Counted from the stretch's first letter, positions 47,892-60,821 are shown. The stretch is 64,000 nt of DNA from Cyanophora paradoxa CCMP329 (GCA_004431415.1 QPMI01000469.1:224259-288258); one strand, 5' to 3'. Notes: generated from the letters alone by a model not told the origin. Numbers and translations: made by a program.

Positions 47892-49357
47892 CTAGCCGCC
47901 GCGGTGGCGGGTGAGGACCTCGCAGCCGTCGTGGGTGATGAGGACGGTGTGCTCGAACTGGGCGGACCTGCGGGGGCGTGACCCCCCCGCCCGCCCGGCG
48001 CCGCGCTGGGGCGCACCAGTCGCCGCCGTCGTTGACGGCGGTCCAGCCGTCGGGCCAGAAGGAGACCGAGTCGGAGCGCTCGGAGACGGCCGGCTCGATG
48101 GTGAAGACCATCCCCGCCGCCATCTCCCCCTGCCCCCGCTCGGCCCCGGCCCAGCGCGGCGGCGCGGCGGGGCGGGGCGCACGGGGTCCGAGTTGCGCCT
48201 GTGGTGGATGATGGGCGCCGTGTGGAACTCCCGCCCCAGCCCGTGCCCCGTGAACGCCGCGCTGCCCCCGCCCCCGGCGTCAACCGCCCCGCCCCGCGGC
48301 GGCAAGGCGAGCGCTGGCACCAGACGGCGAGGCCGCGGGAGTCGGTGAAGCCCCTGCGGGGCGGCTCGGGGCGAGCAAGGCGGCGCGGGGCGGGGCGGGC
48401 GGGGCGCACTGGATGGCGTCGCCGATGGCGCGGAAGGGCTGGCCGGGCCTGCAGACGCGGATGCCGCGGTCCAGCGCCTCGCGCGCCGCGTCCACCAGCC
48501 GCCGCGCCGCCCCGTCCACCTCCCCCACCGTGAACGTCCCGCACGTGTCCCCGTGGAAGCCGTCGGCGGTGTAGCAGCTGACGTCGATCTTCACGATGTC
48601 GCCGTCCTGCAGGGGACGCAGGTCGGGGATGCCTGCGCCCCGCGCCCGCGCGTGAGGCGCCGGGCGGGGGCGGGGCGGCGGGGGCGGGGGGCACCGTGGC
48701 AGACGACCTCGTTGACGCTGGTGCAGACGCTCTTGGGGAAGCCCATATACAGCAGCGGCGACGGGTACGCCCGCGCCTGCACGATCGCATCGTGCACCGC
48801 CGCGTCGATCGCGTCCGTCGTCACCCCCGCCTGCCCCGCCCCCGTCGGCGCCCCGCGCGCCGGGCGGGCGACGCTCTGGATTGACTGGGAACGCTAGGAG
48901 GGCGCGAGGGAGCGGGAGGGACGGGAAGGGGCCGCGGGGGACGAGACTGCGGGCCGCACCCTCACGAGCGTGCCGGCGTACTTGAGCACCGAGGACGCGG
49001 TCGCCGCCGCTTTGCGAATGGCCGGCAGATCCTCGGCCCTCGCCGCCCGCGGCACGCTTCTCATCGCGTCCACAGGGACAGGCCGCCCCGCGCCGCGGGC
49101 TCTCGCATAGGGAGGCTTCCGGATGTCTTCGGGGACCGCGCGCCTGGGCGTGACTTCGAAATCTCCATAACGAAGAGGCTGCAAAATCAGCGGCGGCGCG
49201 CATCAGGAAGGTCTGGGGACCGTCGTTGCGCTGTTCGAGCTGGACGACGGGGCGCGGGCTGGACGCGCACCGCCGGTCTGCAGAGGAAGCTCTCCAGCGG
49301 CGAGTTTGCCACCGCGCTCGCGGCGCGGCTCGCGGCGCGAGCCATCCTTGCGAGCAT
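47892..49357 (-). CDS. Methionine aminopeptidase type I, organellar (MetAP1D-like)
   Basis: Arg/Ala-rich presequence [15 protein letters not shown]. Motifs [36 protein letters not shown]|[29 protein letters not shown] and SAQFEHT. Confidence 0.93.
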
Positions 49358-49431
49358 ATGCGGTCCCGAATCACTTCTAAGCTCCGTTCCGTCTTCTCCG
49401 CGGCTGGACGGCTCCCGGCGACGAAGTTCCG

Positions 49432-52023
49432 ATGGTTGGTGCAAGGGGGATGGGGGCTAGGGGGGGTAGACATCCATGTACAGCTGCACTCTCGTGTATG
49501 CACCGCTCGCTCCTTGCTGGTCTGAGCTGCCGCGCATCATTAAAAGTCACGTGCAACCCAAGTATCCTCGCTGTACCAGTCAAGGCGCTCCTCGCCAGTC
49601 TTCTGCAGCAATCCCCGCGCCCTGCGTCCCGCGCTCCCGTCGAGGTGCGTCATTTTCAAATCCTGCACCTTCACACTCGCTACGACGCGCCGCGCTGAGC
49701 AACCGCGCCCCCGCCCTGCAGGTCCGCAGCGAACGGATGACGGAGCAGCTGGAGAGCGTGTTGCTAGACCTTGAGAGGCGGCCGCGTTCGTCGGTCTTGC
49801 CTGATCTGGCGGAACTGGTCGCGCGCTCCGATGACGATCTGGAGCGCCTCCGCAGGGCGGTCGTCGCGCACTGCGTGACGGTGGTGCATACGTGCGCGCA
49901 CGAGCTGAGCCACATCGAGGACGACGTGCGCTACTGGAACGAGAGCCTGGACAGCAAGTTCGCCTCGGCGGTCGTCTTCGGCCTCTTCGCCCTCGCCCGC
50001 GGGCGCAGGAGCACGCGGCAGGACTTCTACGTGGGCGCCGGCCCGCCCCCCGCGCCCTCCCCGCGCGGCCCGAGGCGGGGGCGCAGGAGCACATTGGGGC
50101 GCTGCGGGCCATCGAGGGGCGCGCCCTCCAGTTCGTCGGCCGAGTGTACCTCTCCGCCGTCGACCTCGCCGCCGCCAAGCCCGACGCCCCCGACCTCCCC
50201 CGCAAGGCGCCCCGCCCCGGCCCCGGCCCACGCCCGGGCGCCGCCCCGCCAGCTCACCGGCCGCCAGCTCCTCGCGACGGCGACGTACGTCCGCTGCTGG
50301 CTGCGCTCCTCCGCGGACAGCGCCGGCGACCCCGCCGCCCACGACTTCGCCGCCCAGGCCGCCGCCGGCGAGCCGGCCGCCCCGCCCCGCCCGCGGCCGG
50401 CCTGAGGCGGCGCAGGGGCGGCGGCCGGGAGCGGTCGCTGGCGCCGCTGCTGGGCGACGTGCTGGGCGACGGGGCCGAGGCGCTGCGCGACTACCGCGCC
50501 GCCCTCCGCGGCCTCCTCGCCCCGCACCGCCGGCCGGGCCACGTGCGCCGCCACTGGCTGACCTACACGGTCGGGGCGGCCGTCGCGGCGGCGGCGGCGC
50601 GCTTCCTGTACCGGCACTCGGCGCTGAACGGGTCGGAGGACCTCGAGCGGTGGGTCGGGGCGGGGCGGGGGGCGGCAGCGGCCTTCGCGCGGGAGCACGT
50701 CGTCGCCCCGCTCCACTCCATCTACCGCGAGCTCTTCACCAGGCCCGCCCCCCCGCCCTCCCTCCCTCTCGCCCCGCCCCCGCCACCCTCACCCGTGCCG
50801 CCCGGCAGCCTGCGGCAGCGGTCGGGGACGGCGGAGGACTTCGAGGGCTCCCGCCGCTCCCTCGCCGTGCGCCCCGCCCTCACCGCCCGCCCCGAGCTCG
50901 CAATCCGGGACGCCGGCTTCGGCGCCGGGGACTCGGCTCGATCGCAGGCGCGGCCGCTGACGCGCGCGGCGCGCAGGCGATGATCGAGTCCTTCGGCCGC
51001 TCCACCGCCCCCGCGTCCGCCCCGCCCCGCCCCGCGCCCCGCCCCGCGCCCCGCCCCGCGCCGCCCGGCGCCGACGCGGGGCAGGCTGGAAGCGGGGGCG
51101 CTGCGGGAGCAGGCGGAGCGAGGAGACATGAGCGTGGTGATGAAGGTGTACGAGCAGGCGCGCCGCCCGGTCCAGGGGGCGCTGGGGGCGGGCGCCTCAC
51201 GGGGGGCAGGAGCTGGAGCGGCCACTGGTGAACGCCGTGGCGGGGGACCTGCTGCGCGCCCTCCTCATCCAGATCCAGAAGGCCCCGCCCCCCGCCCCGC
51301 CCCCCGCACCCCCGCCCACTCCCGAGGCGCCCCGCAGGTCAAGGTCGAGTCCGAGGCCGCCATGCTCCAGATGGACCAGGCGCGCCCCACGCCGCCCACC
51401 CCCGGCCTTTTGCGCTCGGCCCGGTCACCCCGCCCCGCAGATCCTCCGCGCCAACGAGATCAACATCGAGCTCCTCGCCACTATCCCCGCCCTGCTGCTC
51501 GCCGCGTGCGGCCCGCGCCCCGCCCCCCACCGACTCCCGCCCACGAGCGCCGCCCCGCAGCCTCGTGTTGCGGAGCGTCGGGATGGCGGCGGCGGCGGTC
51601 CCGGCGGGGCGGCGGCGGGCCTCGCGGCGGCACCTGCAGCGGGCGGCGGCGTCGGCGCTGCGGGCGGCGGAGCGGGCGCTGGCGCGGGCGGGGAGGGGCG
51701 GGCGGGGGAGGGGGAGGGGGAGCGGGCGGCGGGGGCGGGGCGGCTGCTGGTGCGGGCGGAGCAGCTGGAGCGGGCGCTGGAGGGGCTCGTCTCGGGGAGC
51801 GCCCGGGCCGCCATGCGGGAGGACCTCGCCGACCTTCGCGACCCCGCCCTGCCCCCGAGCGCAAGGCCCGCCCCCGCCCCGCCCCGCCCCCCCCGCCCCC
51901 GCCCCGCCCCCTCCCGCGCGTGACGCCGGCGCGCAGCTTTGGGTGTGCGCGCGCATGCGGGCGACCTGGGGGCCCCTCCTCGCGCAGCCGGCCAGCGCCC
52001 GCGGGCCACTCCCCGTCCTCTAG
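49432..52023 (+). CDS. NCA2/DGS1-family mitochondrial outer-membrane protein
   Basis: HRRPGHVRRHWLTY...YRHSALNGSEDL...EHVVAPLHSIYRELF, MKVYEQ|ELERPLVNAVAGDLLRALLIQIQK|VKVESEAAMLQMDQ|ILRANEINIELLATIPA. Start approximate. Confidence 0.88.
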
Positions 52024-52264
52024 CCGCCGCCCCCGCCGCGCGCCTCGAGCCTGCGCTGCGCACGTAGGGCCCTATCCGTGTCGCCATCTTATATCCATCT
52101 TGATGCGCTCGATTGCTCTGGCGGATGGGGGGGGGCACCGGGTGGCCATAGGTGCACGTGGGATTCGAAGCCATGGGAGGACTCGGTTAATTGCGATCGC
52201 GAGTTGAATTCGCGCGCCGAATTTGAAGTCCAAAAGGGGACCCCGAGGGATTCGAAAGGAGAAA

Positions 52265-55200
52265 ATGTGGCTCTGCAGCCGGCAAGCGGCGCACGCGCGG
52301 CTGCGGCTGCGCGCGCCGGTCGCGGCCGGTGCGTTTCGTCTGCGCATCCTTTCCCCGCGCCGGTCTGCCGACACAATGTCGTGCAGCGCGGGCCTCCCGA
52401 AGATCGGCCCCGGCCTCGCCCTGGATCGAGCACGATGATGCCCTACAAGCTGCCTCGATACAGACGCAGGCGCCTCGCGATCGGGCGGCACTTGCGCCGA
52501 CAGCGCTGCGCGATCTGATGTCGCCACGCGGCTGGAGCACCGGTGAGCGGCCGGCTGTGCCGCCGTTGCGTAGCTAGTCGACGCTTCCGGTCAGTTGCTG
52601 AGGGGCGAGACCCCGCAGCGCGGTTATCGACGGAGGCGGGGGGCCTGGCGACGCTCCCGACGGAGCCCAAGGTCGTCGACGAGGACTCGGGGAGGAGCAA
52701 GGGGAACCAGCAGGGGCGGCGGCCGGCGCGGGAGCGCTTCCACGAGAAGCAGCGCGTCGAGGAGCTGCACGACTCGTTCGCGGTGCGCTCGGCGGCGCTC
52801 GCCGTCGTCGCGGCCTTCCGCACGGTCAACCCGACGCCCGGCGAGCCCTTCGACGAGGCCGAGGCCGTGCGCCCTCCCCGCACGCGACCCCGCCGCCCCG
52901 CACCCGCGCCCCGCCGAGCCGTCGGGCGCAGCGGGCGGCTGTGGACGCGGTGCTGCAGAAGCAGACGCCGAAGGACCGGGGGATCGTGGCGGCGAGCGCG
53001 CTGACGATGCTGGCGCGGTTCATGGACCTGCGGGGCGCGGAGCTGCTGGCGCGCATGGCGCCGAACTACGGCAAGGACGTCGGCGAGCGCGGCGCCTTCA
53101 TCGTCTACGCAGCCTTCCGCTGCGGCGACGTCCTCTCCTGGCGCCACTGGGCCCGCCTCTACCGCGTCCAGGCCGCCCGCGACCGCGTCCGCCCCTCCCG
53201 CCGCTTCCTCGGCGCCGCCGCGCGCGGGCACGCGCTCGGCGGCGAGATGGCCGAGGCGCGCGCCGTGCTGCGGGAGCTCGAGCCGATGATCAGCGCGAGG
53301 AAGGACCACAGACTCTGCGGCGCCGTCTGGGGCGTCTTCTCCGAGGCCGTAGGACAGCTCGCGGCCCTCGCCGGCGCCGGCCGCCCCCTCCCCGCGCCCC
53401 CGCGGGGCCTCTCCCTGGAGGAAGCGCGGGCGGACGCGGAGGCCGGGGGGGGCGAGGCGGGGCGGCTGGCGGCGTACGCGGTGCGGGCGCGGGCGCTGCT
53501 GGCGGTTGCCGACGAGGCGGGGCGGGAGATCGGGGAGGAGGTGGGGCGGGAGAGCTCGCAGGGGCGCTTGGCGTGCTGGATGACCTGGGCCGCCGACACG
53601 CTCCGCCAGGAGCGCATCGCCGCCGACGAGGCCGCCTTCCTCGCCACCTCCCGCCTCCTCCTCCGCGCCGGCGCCGCCGCGCGCCTGGACGAGCCCCGCC
53701 GCCTCTTCTACTCGGTGCGCTTCGGGACGGCGCCGGAGACGGTGGCGGACCTGCTCATGATCTCCATCGCCGACACCGCGCGCCTCCGCACCTTCCCCGC
53801 CGCCCTCGCCGCCCTCGCCGCCGACCTCGGCATCCCCGACGGGCCCGAGGAGCCGGCGGCGTGGGCGGCGGCGCTGCGCGAGCCCGGGGCGCGGCCCTTC
53901 CAGGCGGTGCTGGGCTACAAGGTCGCGCAGGCCAAGGCCCGCCTCGTGCTCGCCTCGGAGGAGACGTGGGCGAGGGCGGGGCCCGAGGGCCGGCGCGACG
54001 CCCTCCGCTGGCTCCAGCGCGCCGCCTGGGCCATCCCCCGGTGACCCTGCCCGGCGAGCGCGGCGCCGGCGGCGAGCTCGTCGCCCCGCTCGACGAGATC
54101 GTCCGCATCCAGGCCCGCCCCGCCCCTGCGCCCCGCCCGCCCGCCGGCCGGCCGCTCACGGGCGGGGCGGCGGCAGGCGGTGGGGGCGCGGGGCGGGGCG
54201 ACGGCGGAGGAGCGGGCGGAGGCGGAGGCGGTGCGGGAGACGGTGGTGGTGCTGTTGGAGCGGCTGAGCGCCGTCCGCTCGATCGTCACCGACGCGCTCG
54301 CCGTGCGCTGGTGCACGCGCCTCATGGACCGCACCCAGTGGCCCCTCGTTGCCCTCGCCGCCCAGCTGGCCCGCCCCGTCCCCCCGCCCCGCCCCGCCCC
54401 GTGGCGGCTGAGCGGCGCGCAGGGGCTGCCGCTGGTGCTCAGCGACTCGGCGCGGGGGCGGCTGGAGAGCATGAAGACCGAGGCGGAGGCGCGGGAGCGG
54501 GACCGCCTCGCCGGCAAGGCCTTCGTCCCCTCCAGCTTCGTCCCCGACACGCGCCCCCAAAAGAAGACCGAAAGGGGGGAGAGGCGGGGCTGGCAGACGC
54601 GGCGCTCGCGGTCGCGGCAGGCGGCGATCGAGCGGGCGCGGCAGCTCTCTGCCCTCGCCTGCGCCGGCGCCGACGCCGTCCAGACCATCGCCCCGGACGC
54701 CCTCGACCCCGCCTTCGTCGTGCGCCCCCGCCCCGCCCGCCCCGCCCGCGCGCCGGGGGCAACGGGCGGGCGGGCAGCCGGAGGCGCTGCTGGCGGTGCT
54801 GCGGGAGCGGCCGCGGTTCGTGACGGCGCGCTGCGCGCTCGTCGGCACCATCGTCAAGGAGCTCGTGCGGCGGGGCGACGAGGAGCGCGCCGAGCGCCTC
54901 GCCCTCGTCAGCCCCGCCATCGGCATCCCCTTCGCCGCCGGCGTCGTCCTCCCCATCGTCTCGGCGCGGGTGTCGCGGGGGGACGCCGCGGGGTGGCTCC
55001 CCTGGTGGCGCCGCTTCTCCGACTCGCGCGCGCTCTGGGAGGCCCGCCGCGCCGCCGGCCACGACCTCCTCCGCCTCCCCGCCGACGACCCCGCCTCCCC
55101 CGCCCCCGCCGACGAGGCACAGCCGCTCGCCCCCGCCGAGGAGGCCCGGGCCCAGGCGGCCGGCGACGAGTCGGAGGAGGGGGCGGGCGCGGCGGAGGCG

Positions 55201-57283
55201 GAGGCGGCGGAGGAGGAGCGGCTGGAGATGGACCGGTGGGAGGGGACGCTGGAGAAGGCGGCCTGCACGGGCTTCCTGCTCGAGGGGGGCCCCGAGGCGG
55301 AGGCGGAGGCGGCGGCCCTCACCGCCCGCTTCACGCCCACGGACGCCGAGTGGGTCCGCGTGCACGCCCTGCAGGCCGCCCTCGCCCTCGCCGCCCTCCC
55401 CCAGCGCGACGCCGCCTCCAGCGCCCCCCGCGGCCTCGCCCACTGGCGCGCCCGCGCCGCCCAGCTCTCCGCCCACCTCGCCACCCGCACCTCCCTCCAC
55501 CCCGTCGTCCTCCGCGACTGGGCCAACCGCTTCTTCCCCACGGTCCGGCCCCCGCCCCGCCCCCGCCCCCGCCCCCGCCCCCGCGGCATGCGCGCTGAGG
55601 AGCGGGCAGCTGGCGCCTGAGGAGCTGGTTGCGGTGTACTTTGCGGGGCGGGAGATGTTCGAGGGGTGGCCGGGGGAGCGGGGCGAGGTGGCGCGCATGC
55701 ACTGGTGGGGCGCCGCCGCCGAGGCGGCCTCGCTGCTGGAGGCCCCCGGCTTCCTCCGCGCCACCGAGGCCGTCGTCGCCTCCCGCCCGGGGGCCCTCGC
55801 CCTCGCGGGGCCGGCCTCGGCCGCGCCCCCGAGGGCTTCCACGCCGCCCTCTCCGTCGCCCGCGCCCAGGCCCGCGCCTGCGCCCTCGCCTTCCCCCCGA
55901 GGGGGCCGGCGCCCCCCCGGCGCGCGCCGAGGCCGGGGCGGACCCAAAGCGCTGCGCGGCGGCGGCGCTGCGGGCGGCGGAGCTGGTGGGGGACCGGCAG
56001 GACGTGGGGCACGTCGTGCAGCTCATCCGGCCGCTGCTCGAGGCCCGCGGGGCGCCCGGCCTCGGCCTGCCCGCCGCCATGGCCGTCGTCGACGCCCTCG
56101 TGCGGGGCCGCCGCGTCCCCGTCGACGGCGTCGGGGCGGCCATCCGCCTCGCCAACCTCCTCCTCAACATGCGCCTCTTCAGCGCCGCGCGCCACGTCGC
56201 GGAGACGGCCCTGCGCAGCATCGCCGAGGAGGAGGCGGCGGGGGCCTCGGCGCCCCTCCCGCCCCCCGAGTGGCACGAGGGCGGCAAGGAGGCGGTGGAG
56301 GCGTGGACGGCCGTGCGGGGCGGGACGCTGCTCGACGGGCGCGACGTCGAGGAGAGCGGCGGCGGCGCCGAGGCCGACTGGCAGAACGAATTCCAGCTCC
56401 GGCGCGCCATCCAGGACCTACGCCACATCTCCCAGGCCCGCCCCCCCGCCCGGGCCGGGGCGCGGGGCCCTTTCTCTGGCTGAGGCGGGCGGGGCCAGGT
56501 GGCGGAGCTGATGGCGCCGGTGCGGATGAAGGAGCTTGCGAGCGACATCGAGCGGCGGCTGCAGGCCGGGGGCGCGGTCTCGGTCTTCGAGTTCTTCCCC
56601 CTCATCAAGGCGGCCGAGCTTTTCCGCGACGAAGCCGTCGCCTCCCGCGTCGCCCGCCTCCTCCGCCGCGCCCAGCAGCTCCCCGGCACCGACCCCCTCT
56701 TCTGCTACGTCAACGAGGCCGCCGTCATGCGCTTCCACATGCAAGTGCCCCAGGTCATGGCCCTCCTCACCACCTGCGTCCGCGGTCCGCCCCGCCCCAC
56801 CCCCGCCCCCCTCGCCCGCCCCTGCCCCGGGCGAGCGCGGGCCCGGGGGGGCGCAGTGTGGAGCGAGCGGAGCGCGGCGGCGCCGAACGACGTCGCGCGG
56901 GAGCGGATGAACCGCATGCTCGAGCACCTCTTCAAGCTCATCATCAACACCTTCGCCGCCGTCCGCCCCCGCGCCCCCGCCCCGCCCGGGGCCCGAGGCG
57001 ACGCGGGGCGGGGCAGGGCGAGGTGCCCGGGGCGGGCCCGGCGGAGGCGGAGGACGTGGTGGAGTGGCTTGGACGCCTCAACCTGCGCCTCGACCACCGC
57101 TCGGCGCGGGCCCTCGTGCAGGGCTACGAGCGGGTCGGCCTCGCCTCGCAGGCGTGGCGCTGCGAGGCGACCTACGTCCGCCCCAAGCTCCGCGCCCTCC
57201 GCGCCGCCTCCGACGCCCGCGCCAGCCGCCCCCGCCGCCCCTCCGACCCCCTCGCACCCCCGGCCCCGGCCCCGGCCCAGTGA
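52265..57283 (+). CDS. Large alpha-helical, possibly PPR-like organellar protein (multi-exon)
   Basis: Arg-rich N-terminus MWLCSRQAAHARLRLRAP resembles a mitochondrial presequence. Long helical exons. C-terminal LFKLIINTFAA|GE...AEDVVEWLGRLNLRLDHRSARALVQGYERVGLASQAWR resembles degenerate PPR motifs. Confidence 0.5.
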
Positions 57284-58537
57284 CCTGCCGGGCCCCTTCG
57301 AGCTCCTAGCCCATCTTCAGGCCCTCCCCGTGCTCTGCATCTGACGCCTCGGAGCTCCGCATCCGCCTCCCCGGCCATGTGCATGATCCGATGATCACGA
57401 CTCACGAGTCTCTCTTGGATCCGATGATCGTGAGTTAGAGCTGCAGCTGCGTCTTCACCCTTGCCTCGGGGCATGCCATGACGGGCATGCGCATCATGGC
57501 ATTTTCATGGCATGGGCCGCCGGGCACCGTGGCACCCTATAGCTAGGCCTTGCCGCGGGGCATGGGCATGTGTGATCATGATCATATGCACTGCGGCATG
57601 GGCATGCACATCATCATCCATATCTGGGCCGGCGGGGACCGGCGGGGGCCGGCCCGGCGGGGCGCCGCCAGCGCGCTTGCCTACCATCATGGCATGGTAC
57701 AGCTTACTAAGTTACTCACAATTTGTTGTACACTGTGACACCAGCAGTGTCAGGCTTGCAATTGAAGGCTTCACGATCCGACTCTTCATGAAGCCTTGAA
57801 GCCTTGATCGAAGCCTTGAAGCCTCGATCGGATCGGAAGACCTTGCTTGCGCTGATCATGATCGATCATCGGATCAATGATCATGATCATGAGACCGTCG
57901 GACACTGTGACAGCTGCAGCTGCCGCAGTGCAGTGACCGTGGGACTCATGCATCTGATCATTGTCGCGTTTACTAAAAAATAGTCTCCTTAAGCTTATTT
58001 GTCGTTTGCAATTGCTTGCACTGCGGCATGCGCATTAAATATTGCTTTGCAATCCGGATCCACGATTGCACAAACTTGCAATTGCTCATGATCATGATCA
58101 CCATATGCATGCATGCGCATGTATATTTTTACGTACCACGGATCGATATCGGAGTCCGAATCGACGCGCTTTCAATTGCAAAAGCTGCGCACTGGCGCGC
58201 GCGCGCGGCCGGCGCCCCTGGCCATGGGTCCCCCGCCGGCCTGGCTCCGCGCGCGCGCGCACCAATTGCAATCTGATTTGCGATGCCTGCGCATTCTTGC
58301 CGTTTAGTCGCCTAACGCCCTTGCCTTGCCGCCTCGCTCACCGCGGCCGCGCCGCGGCGCACAGCGTCGACGCTCCGATCCCCCGCCCCTCCTGAAGGGG
58401 GCCTTCCCGAATCGAACCCAACCCTACCCTTTTTTTCGGCTGGGGTACAGGGAGGTACGAGTTGGTACCCCTGAAACGAGAGTTGTTAGTACCCCACAGA
58501 CCCCCCCCACAAGACTTTCCTCGTTTTTGAAACAAAG

Positions 58538-60071
58538 ATGGCCGACGAGTCCGCCCCCGCCCCCGCGCCCGTCGAGGACAAGAAGGAGGAGAAGAAGGCC
58601 GCCACACCGAAGAAGGCCGCCGCCAAGAAGGAGAAGGCCGCCGCGAAGCCGAAGGCCCCCAAGGTTCGGAGCCCCGTCCGCGCCACCCTCGGCCTGCCGG
58701 GCTTCCCTGGGGCTCTTTATCGATAGTTGGGGACCTAATCTACACTTTCGCCAAGAGAGCGCCGCGCGCGGAGCCCTGCGCGGGTCGCTCGGGAAGTCTG
58801 AAGATAGGGACCTCGGGGTTTTGAAAAGCACCCAGCCCGGGATCGTCCGGGCCGTCCGCAGCCGGCTGATCGATTTCCCGCTTGCAGAAGACTGCCGATC
58901 ACCCTCCTTTCCAGCAGCTTGGTGCGTACGCGCGCCGGGAGGCTGCTGCGGCCGACCGCCCTCCCCCCACAGAATTTAAATCTTCCGTGCTCGGCCTGAC
59001 ATTCCCCCTACTTCACCTCAGTTAATGAGGCGATTATCGCTCTTAAGGAGCGCACTGGCAGCTCCCTCCCCGCCATCCAGAAGGTCGGTCCAAGTTCAAA
59101 AATCGTACCGATCCCGGACGCCCGGAGCTCACTGCGGGTTGCTCTGCGCAGCACATCCTCGCTCACTACCCCAAGCTTGACGCTAAGATCGTCCACAACT
59201 CGTGCCTTATGGTCCTGAAGCGGTTCGTGTGCTTTGCCCCTCCGCTGTCGATCCCTGCTGTTGCCGACCTGCGAGCTCGTCTGCGACGCAGCGGTGCTGA
59301 GGCTGGCCGCTACACCAAGGTACAATCAGTTGGAGTGCTCGGGTCGCGCCCCGCTGCCGCGCGCTCACAATCGCGCGCCCCTTGAACAGATTAAGAACAG
59401 CTACAAGCTCGGCGAGGCCAACGCGGCCAAGAAGGTAAACGCTCTTGCTGTTTCTTTGCGACTTTCAAATTTGAATTTTGGATGCCAGACCACCAAGTCC
59501 AAGAAGCCCGCAAGCGAGAAGACCGAGAAGAAGCCGGCGGGTGAGAAGAAGGTGCGATCGATGGCGTGCATTATATCAGTTGTAAATTCCAATGCGAATG
59601 AATCCTTTTGCAGGCCCCGGCGAAGAAGGCGACCACCAAGAAGCCGGCCGAGAAGAAGTCTGGCGAGAAGAAGGCCAAGCCTGCGGCCAAGAAGACCGCA
59701 GCTGCCAAGCCTGCGGCCAAGAAGACGGCGGCCGCCAAGCCCAAGGCGGAGAAGAAGACCGGCGAGAAGAAGGCCGCCGCGAAGCCCAAGGCGGAGAAGA
59801 AGACCGGCGAGAAGAAGACCGGCGAGAAGAAGGCCGCCGTCGCGAAGCCCAAGAAGACCATCGAGAAGAAGACCAAGCCGAAGGTAGATCGCTCGCCCCT
59901 CGCCCCTCCCCCGGCTCCACGTTCTGAGCGCTCTGGTCGCAGCCGTTGGCGACCATGCAGGCGCGGAAGTCTGCCCCCAGCAAGCCCAAGGCGGCGGCCA
60001 AGCCCAAGGCGGCGGCCAAGCCGAAGGCGGCGGCCAAGCCGAAGGCGGAGAAGAAGGCAGCCAAGAAGTGA
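58538..60071 (+). CDS. Linker histone H1
   Basis: Winged-helix globular domain HPPFQQL|VNEAIIALKERTGSSLPAIQK|HILAHYP...LKR|GAEAGRYTK|IKNSYKL, with Lys/Ala/Pro-rich tails. Eight GT-AG introns. Confidence 0.95.
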
Positions 60072-60821
60072 GAGGGCTCGCCAGTCAACCACCCCGCCCC
60101 AAGCCCCTTTCCTCGGCTCATCTTTTCCTGCGAGCACCCTTCCGCTCATCCCCGCGAGCAACTTTCCAACCTTCGAGTGCCTGCTCTCGAGCCCGCCCGT
60201 ATCATCCACTCTGCCAACCCTTCTCGCCGCGTCCCTCCTCCTTGCCCTCCTGCGCCTGCAACCCCCTAGCCCTGTACACTTGCTGCCTTTGTTCCGGTAG
60301 GTTGTTTTAGTAGAGTTTCACAGTAGGTACATAAGCTTCTCCGCGAAGGGAAAGCCGTCGGAGGAGGAAGGGGTCGGCATAATGAGGGGCCGGGAGCGCA
60401 CTGCAGCTGGCAGCCCAATCCCCGCCATAGCTGTAGGCGTCCAGAATTCGAAGGTCGGAAAAGTTCATGATCACAACTCGTGCATATTCCGATCCAGATC
60501 CGATCTAAATTTAGATCTGCGCGTGCGCAGCGCAGCCTTGGTGCCTACGTGCTACGTCTACCCCTTCCGTTAACCTGGCATGCGCACTGCGGCAGCGTGG
60601 CAGGTTGTTGAAGTGCTTGTAGGCACAATAGCGCGATGAGGATCGAATCTCTCTAGATCTGTACATACGCATGGAGCAGAGCTGGTGCACGATGTGGAGG
60701 GGGGAGGGGGGGAGGGAGGAGGGAGGGGGGGGGGGGGGGGGGGGGGGCGGAGGCTCGCCCGATGCAAGGGGAGGGCTGGCGAGGGGCGCGGTGCGGATGG
60801 AGGGGATGGTGGTGCGGGGCG

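Larger units (their letters stand above)
40407..48324. repeat. Near-identical tandem duplication of about 3.96 kb (40407-44363 and 44364-48324)
   Basis: Both units start CTGCAACGTCTCTCTCAGGG and end GCGCTGGCACCAGA. The differences I found are small indels in G/C runs. Confidence 0.95.
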
